64,000 nt of DNA from NCBI GenBank assembly GCA_973895155.1, contig OZ316897.1, positions 18,138,457 through 18,202,456 on the forward strand, read 5' to 3'. Within the stretch, counting starts at the first letter, position 1, and the number at the start of each line of letters is the position of its first letter. The DNA is from Marsupella aquatica (Eukaryota; Plantae; Marchantiophyta). Below the pieces are notes generated by a model. It searched no databases. It saw nothing but the letters and a program-made list of their open reading frames with translations, and was not told the origin of the DNA. Shown one piece after another: positions 63,094-64,000 of this stretch. A program made the position numbers and the translations under genes.

Positions 63094-63695
63094 AACCGAT
63101 CTCCTCTTGCAAATCATGGACTCTAACCCCCTCCGCCTAAACTGCCCTCTAGAGTTCATAGCCCATGACCCCCTTTCCTTTCACCCTTTGCCAGGAGTGG
63201 CAACTGGGGTGTGAGACAGCAGAACTCTACCACTTTGCAAGAATGAGGGTAGGGCCTTTTCCAAGAACGAGAGGAGGGTGTGGGGAAGGGACTAACCTCT
63301 TTTGTTAATTAATTACACTACGCCACTTTCGTTGCTCTCACAGGCTACTGGAGAAGCATGGCAGGGCTCTGTTTTTGTACAGAGCTCGACGCTCACATTT
63401 ATTCAAGGGAACATCGATGAAAGGTCCAACACGGCAGTGGGCTGGAAAACAATGTGTCGCAGGTTATTTCCTCCCGAGAAGAATTCATGAAGAAATTGCT
63501 GGCTCAAGCCGTGGGTTTGCCACACATGGCGTTGGGGCCTTTCTCACGACTTCCAGGCACGCCTTCTGCTGGGTGCATTCCAGTGTCTGCCAGGCGCCCT
63601 GGTCCGACTTTTGCCCAGATTGTGAAGACCAACCATGAGCTCTGCAGTAGCTGGGCTGGAGCTGGAGTTGGAGCTGGAGCTCCGGGAAGAGGTCA

Positions 63696-63954
63696 CACGT
63701 CACTTGGATTTTGGATGCAGAATTCGAAGTCGTCCAGTAATTTGGCCAGATGTGGTGGGAGCAAGCTGATTGCTACTTCGACTGCCTGCTCTGAACTCGA
63801 AACACCCACCAAGGAGCTGCCCAAGAAGATATCCTCTCCCAAACCAAGAAAGAGACCTACGAAATTGCAGAGCCCAGTTCCTTCCCGCGATGCCCAGCAG
63901 AGCAGTGCTCTCCAACAAGTATGTTTACTTTCTTCCTCAATTCCGATTTTCTGC
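63696..63954 (-). other. Possible exon of a gene or pseudogene extending beyond the right edge
   Basis: Acceptor-like TTTTCCTTACAG followed by an open frame QKIGIEEESKHTCWRALLCW...LLDDFEFCIQNPSDV*; no recognisable family. Confidence 0.2.
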
Positions 63955-64000
63955 CTGTAAGGAAAATCGATACATCCTCCAGGGGACTTGTGGTAATTCA

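Noticed and set aside
63454-63960. 168-aa plus-strand ORF at the right edge
   Set aside because: Non-ATG start, low-complexity, no family recognised; the coding strand cannot be determined from this window.

Overview
Eukaryotic nuclear DNA, not prokaryotic. GT-AG introns, LTR retrotransposons and the gene families present point to a non-seed land plant such as a liverwort or moss (inference). Only two host genes look intact. One is a 3-exon LRR-Roc-COR (ROCO, TORNADO1-like) GTPase gene on the minus strand (33637-38875, 1236 aa). The other is an intronless carbonyl-reductase-type SDR on the plus strand (47858-48784), divergent from it. The surrounding DNA forms a large, old inverted duplication: about 4.8-17.5 kb mirrors about 39.2-61.0 kb. 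In the left arm the SDR is a truncated, frameshifted pseudogene, and the copy of the ROCO upstream region stops at a Copia insertion. Nested mobile elements: an Athila-like Gypsy (5' half), three Copia elements (one intact with identical LTRs, one with a frameshift and truncated 5' LTR, one decayed and carrying a 2-kb solo LTR), a 5'-truncated LINE, two hAT-type MITEs and another TIR element. There is also a solanesyl-diphosphate-synthase gene fragment. Most notable: Copia-1 carries a 201-aa antisense ORF between pol and the 3' LTR encoding an RNase H1 N-terminal hybrid-binding (caulimovirus viroplasmin-like) domain. Copia-1 and Copia-2 also share a 24-aa RNase H insertion. The Gypsy has an extra protease-like ORF upstream of gag. 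All alignments were made by eye; no database search was run.
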